DNA of 51,381 bases from a virus (lineage: Duplodnaviria; Caudoviricetes), in IMG/VR virus record IMGVR_UViG_3300019360_000016, positions 1-51,381 of that record; one strand, given 5' to 3'. Below, piece by piece: positions 1 to 9,313 of this stretch. The first letter of the stretch is position 1. The number at the start of each line of letters is the position of its first letter. The notes under the pieces are model-generated. The model saw only the letters and a program-made list of their open reading frames with translations. It was not told where the DNA came from and searched no databases. The translations under genes were made by a program, and so were the position numbers.

Positions 1-2150
1 AGTGTGACTTCCAACTTGCTGTAGGTGTCGTTGAACCCGATCATGTTGGCTATACCCACGTCATCGGTGACGGGGTAATCGTTGGGGTAAATTAGACGAC
101 AACCTCCACGCACGCCGCTGATGCTCATGAAATCGGTGAGAATGAAAACCCGGACCGCATCAGTGTAGTCGTTGGGCAAGCGGCCAGTACAGAGATTGTT
201 CCACCAGGCGTCCACTAGGAGTGTGATCCGATTGGTGGATATCCACAACTGTACACACTCGCCCACTGCCCTGTTCCACAGATACACGCAGTTGCTCCGC
301 CCGTCGTAGGCGAGGTAAATCCGCTCCCGTGTATCCTTGCTGCTACTCGCCCGAAGCCCGGTGAGATTCTTCGACCACCGATTGTTCACAAAGCGGTCGA
401 GGGCCCCGATCTGCTGGTGATCGCCGGTGTTCCCGTTTACCAACAACACTCCGGAGTAGGTGACGCCGATTATGGTACTGCCGACTACTGTGCTGGAGGA
501 GGGTCCGACAAACTTGTACCCCTCCAACATCTTGTGGATGCTTAGGCTGGCTCCCCGTTTCTGGATGCGATAACTTTCGCCGTCTCCGAGCAGCCATAGG
601 AAGTCGCCCGCCTGGACGAAGTGGGCCCCACTGAACGCCGGAATGCGAGTCCGATACACATTCAATGCCTGCATGTTTTCGGGTTCAATGCGACCTAGTG
701 GGCTCCACTGAATGTTGAGAAATCCGTCTTCCACAACGGCGGCAAACATGGCCCCTTCATAAAACTCAATACACTGCATTGCGGGTACAGTGGTATTCAC
801 CACACCGCTAATCGGATCATACCGTTCGAGTAGTACCAAACTTTCATCACTGAGTTGGTCCTCACCGCCTGCGGTCCCCATGTCGTAGGTGAGGGTGTAA
901 CTGGTGGTGCCGGTGGTGGGTACAGGTATTCGGTTTCGGCGAAACAACAATCCGCCGGGGGGTAAAGTATTGTTGCTGGGGGCCAGTCCTGCGGCGATGG
1001 TCGTGAACACCTCAATGTCACTGTAGTCATTGGGGAGAGGTTTACCTGTATCATTCGTCACGGATAGGACCCCATTCCGATACTTGGTGAGGTCGAAGAT
1101 GGTCGGGGCAGTGCTGGGCCCCGAAGGAGTGGATATACCACTTCTCCGCCGCCTAGTGGAATCGTAATACCTCAAGGCGTACTGGTAGTAGCCGAAACCC
1201 AGGAGGTCGGTCGCGGAGGTCGTCTCGTTGATGGTGAAGGTGACAGCCCCTCCGGTGAGAGCCATCACTTTCGGGCCGAAATCCCTCAGCACCATGATAC
1301 CGTACACTGGGTGCCAGTAGAGTACTTTCGCTACGGAGGCCCCGTTTTTCACACCGGAAATGTAGATCACTCGCCCAGAGTAGGTGACGGAAATCCGGTA
1401 CTCCGACCAATTAGGGGATACTGTGTCCCCGCCCTCCAGAATCCAGTAGTTATTCCAGGTGGAGCCGCCCCCAGCGGAAGTTAGGTTGTCCCGGTAGGCG
1501 AATATCAGCCGGTCTCCCACCCGGAGGATGTAGCCCCTTGTGAGTCCGGAGTAGGGGTTCAACATCTCCACGTACTTCATGTAGGTTACATCTAGGTCCA
1601 GTCCGGTTAGGGCTGTCTGGAAGTTGCCAGCGGCTGTGCGGGTGCTGTTGCTGCTGGGGTCAATAGCTCCCGCTCCCGCAACCGCAGTCGTCATGGTGAA
1701 GGTATTGGTGGAACTCGCCCCCACAAAATTGAATGTAACCCACGCGAAGTAGGCCGAACCGCCCACCACCACGGTATTGAAGTTGGAGGCGTCAGCGGTG
1801 ATTGCGGCCCCAAGACTAGTGGCTATGGTGAGACAGGTTCCCCCGATCTGGAATTGCATTGCGGCAGGAACTCCGGCGGTGGCAGTGAATGTCCTGTCCG
1901 CAATTATAACCGTATCTCCCGCCGTCCAGTTGGCCGCTATCAGAATATGCACTATGCCCTGTTTGCGGGAAGTGCCGGGAAGCCGATCATACTGCCTAAA
2001 TCCGTCGAAAGTCTTGACTTCTCCCCTATACTTGCCATCAACACCCAACAACCACGGGCAGTAGTCACCGCCGGTTTTGGCCCCCGCTTGGCTCCGATCT
2101 ACGGTGGCTTCCCCGAACGAATACGGCCAGACCATTGTTTCGAGTTCCAT
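1..2150 (-). CDS. Tail nozzle/stabilisation-like virion protein, partial (runs off left edge)
   Basis: Not in the ORF track because it has no in-window stop. Hand translation from ATG at 2150 (MELETMVWPYSFGEATVDRS...YYQYALRYYDSTRRR...) is open through the part I translated and in frame at the edge (...NDTYSKLEVT). Beta-rich, over 716 aa, follows the adaptor gene as in podovirus gene order. Confidence 0.7.
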   Translation of the reverse strand, partial: MELETMVWPYSFGEATVDRSQAGAKTGGDYCPWLLGVDGKYRGEVKTFDGFRQYDRLPGTSRKQGIVHILIAANWTAGDTVIIADRTFTATAGVPAAMQFQIGGTCLTIATSLGAAITADASNFNTVVVGGSAYFAWVTFNFVGASSTNTFTMTTAVAGAGAIDPSSNSTRTAAGNFQTALTGLDLDVTYMKYVEMLNPYSGLTRGYILRVGDRLIFAYRDNLTSAGGGSTWNNYWILEGGDTVSPNWSEYRISVTYSGRVIYISGVKNGASVAKVLYWHPVYGIMVLRDFGPKVMALTGGAVTFTINETTSATDLLGFGYYQYALRYYDSTRRRRSGISTPSGPSTAPTIFDLTKYRNGVLSVTNDTGKPLPNDYSDIEVFTTIAAGLAPSNNTLPPGGLLFRRNRIPVPTTGTTSYTLTYDMGTAGGEDQLSDESLVLLERYDPISGVVNTTVPAMQCIEFYEGAMFAAVVEDGFLNIQWSPLGRIEPENMQALNVYRTRIPAFSGAHFVQAGDFLWLLGDGESYRIQKRGASLSIHKMLEGYKFVGPSSSTVVGSTIIGVTYSGVLLVNGNTGDHQQIGALDRFVNNRWSKNLTGLRASSSKDTRERIYLAYDGRSNCVYLWNRAVGECVQLWISTNRITLLVDAWWNNLCTGRLPNDYTDAVRVFILTDFMSISGVRGGCRLIYPNDYPVTDDVGIANMIGFNDTYSKLEVT

Positions 2151-2152
2151 CG

Positions 2153-2461
2153 TTAGGCTCCGTTCGGGTTGTCACGGGAATTGGTACGCACGACTTGGCC
2201 CGGAACCCGTCCTGGGCCGTTTTCCACAAACGGGATGTTTTGAAATCCGGGGCGGATGCGGTCTGGGACACCGGGACGCACCAAGCCGATCCCCTTGCGT
2301 TGGACCGGTTGTTCCACACTCGGCATTACCAAGCGGTCACCGTCGTCACTCTTAAGGACAGTGGGGGTGCGGGTAGGCAGCCTTCTCCATGTGGAGTCCA
2401 GGAAGCTGTTGGTCGGAATGTCCTCTTGTCCCGTAGTCATGTTGGAGGGGATCAGTTCCAT
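2153..2461 (-). CDS. Hypothetical virion-module protein
   Basis: ATG at 2461 overlaps the adaptor stop (TAATG); fills the gap to the next gene. Confidence 0.55.
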   Translation of the reverse strand: MELIPSNMTTGQEDIPTNSFLDSTWRRLPTRTPTVLKSDDGDRLVMPSVEQPVQRKGIGLVRPGVPDRIRPGFQNIPFVENGPGRVPGQVVRTNSRDNPNGA

Positions 2462-3432
2462 TAGAGTATGTTCCACAGGTCCTCAATGCGGTATGTCGCA
2501 TCCGACTCCCAGTGCCCGCCGCGAATCGCATCCATGTTGGCGATACCGAGGCGTATGTCCCGGAGTTTCTGCTTGTATTCGTCCGTGAGGAGGCTTACCC
2601 GTTTGAGGTTGCCCTCAGTCCGATGCAGGAATATCGCTGACCGCAGCCCCAGTACAGGCGTGACTGCCCCCAATCCCTCCGGCACAATCTCATAGGTGAG
2701 GGAGGTGATGCTGGGAACGGTGGCCGGGTTGAAATCGAAAACCGGACGCACCTCAATTCGTGGACCGGTTGTGTAGGTGGGAGTGTAGTTGATGATCGGT
2801 CGCGTTTGTGTCGGCCAGAACTTGTACCCGGTCGGATTGTGGGAGGCACCAAGTAGTCTGACCATACTGCCGTAGTAGGCGTTGGGGCGGTAGTCGAAGT
2901 AGCCGACCGTGGGCACCAATCCCGCCGTCTCAAATAGGACGAGGTGGGAGGCATCATTCCCGGTGACTGCTCCGGGGTTAGCCTGTGTGACTAGACACAT
3001 CTCCACATCCCCGTTCTGGATATACTCCAAGGTCATTGTCACCGAACCCCCAGTCCAAATAGGATTGAATGTGAGGTTGGTGCCGTCGAATTGGAACTGG
3101 CTGCCGAACGGATTCTTCCGACTCATATTGAACAGTTCGACCGAAAACCGGCCCGTCACGGGGTCAATAATGCCCAATCGGTAAATGGTCCCAATGTTGG
3201 GCGGCATGAGGTAGGTGTTCGTGTCGTTGGTGACGGCGAAACTGTATTGGACCACAAACGGAATGTCGGAGAGGCGGAGCATTTCTCCGAGCAATTCCCG
3301 GTAGTTAGCTCTGACCACCGGGTACAGCTTGTCGTCTGTATACTTGGCGTTTATTGCAGGCTCATTCGCCCACTGCCGAGTGTAACTGAATACCTGGTTG
3401 AGTTGGCCGGTCGGTTGAACAGTCGTCGCCAT
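2461..3432 (-). CDS. Putative head-tail adaptor / tail tubular protein
   Basis: 323 aa; position between capsid and nozzle; helical N- and C-termini flanking a beta insert (YLMPPNIGTIYRL; YKQKLRDIR). Confidence 0.6.
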   Translation of the reverse strand: MATTVQPTGQLNQVFSYTRQWANEPAINAKYTDDKLYPVVRANYRELLGEMLRLSDIPFVVQYSFAVTNDTNTYLMPPNIGTIYRLGIIDPVTGRFSVELFNMSRKNPFGSQFQFDGTNLTFNPIWTGGSVTMTLEYIQNGDVEMCLVTQANPGAVTGNDASHLVLFETAGLVPTVGYFDYRPNAYYGSMVRLLGASHNPTGYKFWPTQTRPIINYTPTYTTGPRIEVRPVFDFNPATVPSITSLTYEIVPEGLGAVTPVLGLRSAIFLHRTEGNLKRVSLLTDEYKQKLRDIRLGIANMDAIRGGHWESDATYRIEDLWNIL

Positions 3433-3441
3433 AGTTGAGAC

Positions 3442-3873
3442 TCACAGAAACAATGCCAACTTGTCCCACCGCAAATGGAGACCGCGTTTTTCCCCGGCCC
3501 GCTTCAGGTGTTTTGCCCGGTCCTCCCTATCGCGGGTCCGGTCCTGCCGCTCCATTGCATATCGGTGTAGGCTTTGGTAGTCCTCCGCCGCCTGCTGCTG
3601 CACCCATCGGCGGTGACGGGGACTGCCGATCTCCATGAGGGCAGTCCAATCCGACGGCTTAAATCCGGTCGGAGTGTCTGCGGAGGCTGGTAGTTCTCGA
3701 CCCCTGAACATATCCCGATTCAACCATTCCGCTATGAAGAACTTACCGGTGATGCGACTCTGAATGAGGGTCATTTCCTCGTTGAGGAGCCGCTCCCTTG
3801 CGAGTTCAGCCACAGGGTGGTCGTCCCAAAACCGGTAAAGTTTGGGGTAAAAGGTTCGCGGTCCTGCCACCAT
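3442..3873 (-). CDS. Hypothetical protein
   Basis: 143 aa ORF coupled to upstream gene (TAATG overlap at 3873). Confidence 0.6.
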   Translation of the reverse strand: MVAGPRTFYPKLYRFWDDHPVAELARERLLNEEMTLIQSRITGKFFIAEWLNRDMFRGRELPASADTPTGFKPSDWTALMEIGSPRHRRWVQQQAAEDYQSLHRYAMERQDRTRDREDRAKHLKRAGEKRGLHLRWDKLALFL

Positions 3874-4259
3874 TACATGCTACTCGCGTATTTGCTCTGC
3901 ATGAATTGGGGGATGTTGATGTTGCCGAACAGGTTTCGGGGAATGTCGGGTACGTTCAGTCGGTTCGTTCCGCCCACCGTCTGCACACCACTGCCGCCGC
4001 CCCCCTGGTACTGCCTGGCGGAGGCGGTTTTCCGTTTTCGTTTGATCTTCACATCGGCGTTGGTAGGGTTGCCGGAATTTTTCTGCTTGGCGTACCACTC
4101 CTTGAGGGCTTCCCGGAAGGATTGGCCCCGCACCTGATTGGTCGTGGGCATGTATCCTTTGGGGGTGGAAACGGCTCCCCTCTGTGCAGGGGGACCGACC
4201 GCAGGGGCCGGAGGTGCTTGTGACATTCCCATTCCGCTAGGCATACCTGTCTCCATCAA
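3873..4259 (-). CDS. Hypothetical basic, low-complexity protein
   Basis: 128 aa ORF directly after the capsid hairpin; K/R-rich patch KIKRKRKT. Confidence 0.55.
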   Translation of the reverse strand: MMETGMPSGMGMSQAPPAPAVGPPAQRGAVSTPKGYMPTTNQVRGQSFREALKEWYAKQKNSGNPTNADVKIKRKRKTASARQYQGGGGSGVQTVGGTNRLNVPDIPRNLFGNINIPQFMQSKYASSM

Positions 4260-4310
4260 TGATGAGGGGAGAGATAGGTTGGGTTACCCCGTCCTGTCTC
4301 CCCCCGTCAC
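4260..4310 (-). terminator. Long hairpin after the major capsid gene (terminator or RNA-stabilising stem)
   Basis: Minus strand TGACGGGGGGAGACAGG...CCTATCTCTCCCCTCATCA imperfect stem; no clear U tract. Confidence 0.45.
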
Positions 4311-4326
4311 CAAACCCCCGTCTAGG

Positions 4327-5880
4327 TTAGCTGGTTGCGATATCCTCCTCGAAGCCAGCCAGTCGAACGCTTTGGACATACTCCGGGAAGAACTGGAGCC
4401 ATCGCTTGAACGGGGCCTCCAAGAAGTCTGTCGCCTGACCGGTCGAACTGTTGGTCATGCGGAAGATTGAAGGTCCCGTGATCTTGGCGAAGAACTCAAC
4501 GAACTCGCCGAAACGTCCATCTTTCCCGACGCCGTTCGGATGAGGTGGGACAACCTTCTGGATGTTCCCGTCCCGCATCTTGATGGCGTAAAACACACCT
4601 TGGTTACAGTAGTTGCTGGTCTTGATCTGCAAACTGTAACCGTCCGTGGACTGGTTCCACTCCTTGCCGAAGCCCTCACCGGAAATGCGGATCGGAGTCG
4701 AGGTCCGTTCTCGCCGTCCGGTGTACTCCAGGGCGTTGACGTACTTCGTCTTGACACCGGGAGTTGTAATCCCCGTATCCGGACGACAAGCCGACGGCTT
4801 GGCTTGGAAGAAGCCCATAACGTACCGATTAAAGACCTGCTCACTAGGGGTGGTCTCCCCACCAGTGAGGGTCTTACGCAGACTCTTGAACCACGGATAG
4901 GAGGCAATGGTGAGAGGTCCACCAGTACCGCTAACCGTGAGGCCCGATCCACCGAACAACGTGCCGCTGTTCACAATCCACGAATCCATGCTGTTAGGCT
5001 GGTTCGTGATGATTGAACCCGACGACAGGCTGGACGAATTGAACGGATGCAACTCAATCTGGCGAGTGGCCGTCAGAGCGATGTTGGAGCCACTGTAGGC
5101 TACCAAGGACACGGAAAGGGCAATGTCGTCGATGATGGCCACGAAAACCGGGACCCCCGCCGAAATCTTCACCCAATCCGTACCGTCATGCTCAAACACA
5201 TCTACGCATTCACCCACCTCCAGACGTGCAATCTGGTAGCGGTTGAACACGCTGATGAGGGCCCCGTTCGTAGCCGTGCCGTCCACCGTACCGTTGGCAC
5301 GAATGGTGACACCGCCAGCCGGAACGTTGCCGGAAGCGTAAGCCCCGACGCTGGTATCGCTACCCGCCGTCGAGGAATTACTCTCCGCCCACCAAGAGAG
5401 GTGGTCCCGCAAGGCTACACGCCGGGCCGACGCCTCGATGATGGCCTCCATTTGGTTGCCGATGTTGTTCGGGTTCTGGTCGAGACGGGTAATCTCGGCC
5501 GGAACGTGGAAAATCCCGTACATCTCCTTGAGAGTCGTAGCCACCTGCACATACGCCGGGGCCGTACTCTCAGTGAGGCCAGGGAACGTCTGCGGAGCAT
5601 TGCTGCCCCAAACCGTGAATTGGCCGGGCCCGGAACTGATGCCGGTCGTCAGGCTGCCACCGAGGGTGGACCGCCACGACGCGGCACCACCAAGGCCGGT
5701 CTTGAATACATGCACCTTGTTCCACTGCCGACCGAGATTGTCTCGGCTGACGCCAGTGGAATCCTCAACGATGTCCCGTGTAACCTCGTCGATGTCGTGG
5801 TACGCATCCATGATGGATGGTCCAAAATCCTCCTCGACAATGCGGTCCAGGGACTCAACAACTGTGCTGTTGAGAGCCAT
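4327..5880 (-). CDS. Major capsid protein
   Basis: 517 aa, directly after portal and scaffold, followed by a strong hairpin; layout consistent with an HK97-type fold carrying an insertion domain. Confidence 0.8.
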   Translation of the reverse strand: MALNSTVVESLDRIVEEDFGPSIMDAYHDIDEVTRDIVEDSTGVSRDNLGRQWNKVHVFKTGLGGAASWRSTLGGSLTTGISSGPGQFTVWGSNAPQTFPGLTESTAPAYVQVATTLKEMYGIFHVPAEITRLDQNPNNIGNQMEAIIEASARRVALRDHLSWWAESNSSTAGSDTSVGAYASGNVPAGGVTIRANGTVDGTATNGALISVFNRYQIARLEVGECVDVFEHDGTDWVKISAGVPVFVAIIDDIALSVSLVAYSGSNIALTATRQIELHPFNSSSLSSGSIITNQPNSMDSWIVNSGTLFGGSGLTVSGTGGPLTIASYPWFKSLRKTLTGGETTPSEQVFNRYVMGFFQAKPSACRPDTGITTPGVKTKYVNALEYTGRRERTSTPIRISGEGFGKEWNQSTDGYSLQIKTSNYCNQGVFYAIKMRDGNIQKVVPPHPNGVGKDGRFGEFVEFFAKITGPSIFRMTNSSTGQATDFLEAPFKRWLQFFPEYVQSVRLAGFEEDIATS

Positions 5881-5933
5881 AACACTGATCCCAAAACGGG
5901 GCTATCCCCGCACAAATCAGGGGCGGTTTCCAG

Positions 5934-6851
5934 CTACACGCTGAGACCGGCCTCTGAACTTCGTTGGGAGAGGTCATAGGTGAGGCGGGCCGCAAGATTC
6001 CGAGCGTATTCGCCCCGTTTCTTGCCGAACGGTGTTACCGCATCAGGCCGTTTGTCACCATCGAAGGCTCCTGTCCCAGTGACCGGATTGCCCGGTGTGG
6101 GTCCCAAGCCGGGTATGCCTCTGGCTCCCGGTGTCGCGGACGGAGAGATACCGAGAGTCTTGTATTTCTGCACAGTCTTTTTGACGGCAGCCACAATCGT
6201 CGCGGGTCCTTCCGGAGCACCCTGATTCACCGCCTGACGGAAACTCCCATACACTTCATCCATCAGGAGGTCGGACGCATCCTTACTGCGTCCTTTCGTT
6301 AGGGCCGCAAACTCGGCGTTCCCTAACACGACTCTGGAGACCTCGGAACGGTCGTTTTGTTCGACCGAATCGCGGGCCTGAGCCGCCATCAGCAGAAAGA
6401 TATCGCGGGGATTCACCCCTGCCGACTTCAACTGTTTCCATGTTGCCATCATCTCCGCCGTGTCGGGGTCAGGGGCAGCGGATCTGATTTCAGACGGTGG
6501 GTTCTGGGCGGGGGCAGCATTGTCCTCCAAATCGAGGCCAATCATGGCCGCAGCCCGTTGAGCCGCATCATCATCCCCGTTTAGGCCAGCGATGGTGTTT
6601 TTGTAGAAATCCACCGCCGTCTTGTTTTCCTTGAGTATTCTGCCTGCTTCCTCCAATCGACGATCTGCGGCCCCCGACTTCTGGAGTTGGGCGGTCGCCA
6701 CATCAATCGGAATGAGGGTTTCTGTCCCATCCACCACGCTTCGGAGTAAGAACTGCCCGTTCTGCTCCACAATGTGGTTTGTAAGTCCTTGTGGGATCGA
6801 GGGTTGCGGACCGGTAGGAGTGCCTCCGCCGGCGGGGTTCACATCAGACAT
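5934..6851 (-). CDS. Capsid scaffolding protein
   Basis: GGAGG RBS before ATG at 6851 (MSDVNPAGG); VDGTETLIPI...LQKSGAADRRLEEA segment typical of scaffolds; between portal and capsid. Confidence 0.7.
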   Translation of the reverse strand: MSDVNPAGGGTPTGPQPSIPQGLTNHIVEQNGQFLLRSVVDGTETLIPIDVATAQLQKSGAADRRLEEAGRILKENKTAVDFYKNTIAGLNGDDDAAQRAAAMIGLDLEDNAAPAQNPPSEIRSAAPDPDTAEMMATWKQLKSAGVNPRDIFLLMAAQARDSVEQNDRSEVSRVVLGNAEFAALTKGRSKDASDLLMDEVYGSFRQAVNQGAPEGPATIVAAVKKTVQKYKTLGISPSATPGARGIPGLGPTPGNPVTGTGAFDGDKRPDAVTPFGKKRGEYARNLAARLTYDLSQRSSEAGLSV

Positions 6852-6871
6852 AAAGTCCTCCAGTACCAAGC

Positions 6872-6900
6872 ATTATATCACATTGGCGTGGGGCCTGCAA
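6872..6900 (-). promoter_or_regulatory. Sigma70-like promoter for scaffold/capsid
   Basis: TTGCAG-N17-TATAAT with extended TG (TGATATAAT), overlapping the portal stop codon. Confidence 0.6.
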
Positions 6901-8956
6901 CAGACCCTTGGGGGCCCGTTACCCCGGCAGCCGCAGCCCCTTGGGGAGCCGACGCCATCATTTGTTGGGCTACCTCCGGCGGCAACTGGGACAGGGCTTC
7001 TGGGGTCGGCAATAGTTCCGCCCACTGCCCCAAGTTCGACCTATGCCAGTTGAAGTGGATGATGAACTTGGTTTTCACCTCCGGACTAGCCAACTTCCAT
7101 TCTGGGGATTTCATGAAGTCGCCATGAATACGCATATGGATGCGGTGGTCGTCGGAAACGTCGTTGGCTTCAATGGTGCCCGGAGATTTTCCGTCCCCGA
7201 ACAACACCATGTTCTCCAGCCAGCAGGTGCGAAGGCTCTCCACGAGGCCCCGATTCCCCAAAGGTACATCGAGGTTCTGCTTCAGACAGATCGCCGTGTA
7301 ATCCACTAGGTCCATCTTACCAGCCTGTAGTGCTTCATCCACCTCCATTTGCCGTTGGTTCGCCAGTTTCGGCATACGTTCGGCGATGTCGATAATCACC
7401 TCGTGCGGCTTCGGAATGGGGTTGTCTTGGCCGAGTTGGACTGTGCCCGTAGTCGGGTCGAACACCACACCTACAATCGCATCATCCAGGCCGGATAGCT
7501 TGATCGCCTGATAGTTTCCTCCGTCACCCTGTCGGAAGATGTTGCCTGCCTCCTGTAACATGGCGGCATACATTTGACTGAACGCCTTCGCAATGGCGGC
7601 TGTCACCGGGATCAGTGGAATGCTGGCGGTCTCATACAACAATCCGACTGCACGAGCGGAGTCAGTGCGTCCCGGCATTCGGCCAGACCAAATGTCGGAT
7701 TCGCGGGACAGCCGATCAATCATTCCGTGACTAGCTTCCAGTACCTTGCCCGGCATGTCGCCCATGTTCTGGGGCAACAACTGGAACGGTCTCACCTGCC
7801 ATGCGAGATAATCCGGTTCGTAGAACTGATACTTATTGCGGCCTTGGTTCACTAGTCGTTGGCGATTGATGCCCGAAGTTGTCGGAATCCACCGCTCACC
7901 CAAGAGGTCCAGGTCGATGATGTTCTGGAACAGGTTGCCCGCCAACTTCTCCTGCTGCTTATTGATGGGGATAAGCGGCGATATGAAGCTGCGTCCGTAA
8001 AACCCGGTCCTGAAATACTGGGCCACGGCTATCGGCATGATGGGCAGTTCGCCGTCGGTGATGAGGTCGGACTCATCCAAGTCCAACGCCACCCAGTCCC
8101 CGATCTTCACAATGTACCGACCACAGCGGCCCGGCTCAGTCTCCACCCAGTATTCGCGGAGGTACACCATAGGGGTGTGATGCTTTCGGGGGTCCGCGTT
8201 ATCCCTTTGGGCGACGAATGGCTCCTTGGTTCCACCACCCCCTTCCCCAGTGCTGGACGGATTGGGGTCCGCATCACCGGGCAGACGGTTCCCCGGCAAT
8301 ACATACCTGATGCCCAATGCCGCCGACATATCCGCTTTGGGGAACTTCAATGACTCTTTCCCCTTCACCCAATCGTATGTCACCCACCGGTCTCGGATGA
8401 TACCCTTTACGTCGGCACCGCGAGTCGGGTCAACGGGTAGAGGCAGCAGTTCCCATCCCGGAATCCGCTCCACCACCGGATTGTTTCCGAGATGGATTGA
8501 CTTCTGTACCCAGACCCCCAGGCCCGCAATACCGAAGTCCACCAAGTCCTCAACGAACGCCTCTTTAACCGGCTCCAACGGAATGTTACTGGTGAACTGA
8601 TCCAGGGTAACTTGTCCTACAGCCGCTTTCCGCAGAGCGTCAAGGCCAATCCCCTTGCGTCTAACACTCGGTCTTACGTCTGTCCGCATTAGGAGGCCGC
8701 ATTCCCGTTGCCGCTTAACCAGCACGTCCTCGTAGCGGAGTTTCAACTCCCCTTTGTAGTTCTGGTAGGTGGCGGAGACTTCCCCCGTACTGTAATCTAC
8801 GCGGAAGGCCCGGATGCCCTTCAGCCACGCTAGGTCGTGACGCCATCCTATTCGTAGGGAGCGGCGTCGGGCCTTGGCGGTGGACTCAAGGTTGTTGGTG
8901 AGCCGGATGATGTCGTCGTTCTTACCCTTGGCGGGCAAGGCAAATGATTCTTGCAT
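6878..8956 (-). CDS. Portal protein
   Basis: 692 aa between TerL and scaffold; FYGRSFISPLIPINKQ, DSARAVGLLYE and a P/Q-rich tail, typical of podovirus-type portals. Confidence 0.8.
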   Translation of the reverse strand: MQESFALPAKGKNDDIIRLTNNLESTAKARRRSLRIGWRHDLAWLKGIRAFRVDYSTGEVSATYQNYKGELKLRYEDVLVKRQRECGLLMRTDVRPSVRRKGIGLDALRKAAVGQVTLDQFTSNIPLEPVKEAFVEDLVDFGIAGLGVWVQKSIHLGNNPVVERIPGWELLPLPVDPTRGADVKGIIRDRWVTYDWVKGKESLKFPKADMSAALGIRYVLPGNRLPGDADPNPSSTGEGGGGTKEPFVAQRDNADPRKHHTPMVYLREYWVETEPGRCGRYIVKIGDWVALDLDESDLITDGELPIMPIAVAQYFRTGFYGRSFISPLIPINKQQEKLAGNLFQNIIDLDLLGERWIPTTSGINRQRLVNQGRNKYQFYEPDYLAWQVRPFQLLPQNMGDMPGKVLEASHGMIDRLSRESDIWSGRMPGRTDSARAVGLLYETASIPLIPVTAAIAKAFSQMYAAMLQEAGNIFRQGDGGNYQAIKLSGLDDAIVGVVFDPTTGTVQLGQDNPIPKPHEVIIDIAERMPKLANQRQMEVDEALQAGKMDLVDYTAICLKQNLDVPLGNRGLVESLRTCWLENMVLFGDGKSPGTIEANDVSDDHRIHMRIHGDFMKSPEWKLASPEVKTKFIIHFNWHRSNLGQWAELLPTPEALSQLPPEVAQQMMASAPQGAAAAGVTGPQGSVAGPTPM

Positions 8957-8968
8957 TTTATGTCTCCG

Positions 8969-9313
8969 TTAGGGGCCTTGCTGCTCCCAGGGACGAGCCG
9001 ACTCTAACGCTGCCATTTCCGCTTGTTCCTCCGGGCTGTCGGGGGCAGGCTCATAGGTGGGGAGGTTCGGTGGATTCCACACCGGCATGGGTTGGGAAGT
9101 GTGGGCGGCCACGAGGCGGGTAGTCGTGATGTCTCCGGATTGAGCCATCTTCATCGCCACCATTTCCCGCTGACAGGAGGCTAGCACATCCAAAATCTTG
9201 ATGCTCACCAAATCCGGTACACTCCGTGTGAGGTAAAACCGGACCAACTCACCGATAGCTGCTCCGACTGCACAACCCATCACCAATGCTAGGACAAAAA
9301 TCACATTAGACAT
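8969..9313 (-). CDS. Small membrane-anchored hypothetical protein
   Basis: N-terminal hydrophobic helix VIFVLALVMGCAVGAAIG; between TerL and portal. Confidence 0.55.
   Translation of the reverse strand: MSNVIFVLALVMGCAVGAAIGELVRFYLTRSVPDLVSIKILDVLASCQREMVAMKMAQSGDITTTRLVAAHTSQPMPVWNPPNLPTYEPAPDSPEEQAEMAALESARPWEQQGP

Noticed and set aside
1-2150. Stop-codon recoding as the cause of the apparent ORF gap
   Set aside because: The gap is a standard-code gene truncated by the window edge; TAA, TAG and TGA all end genes normally
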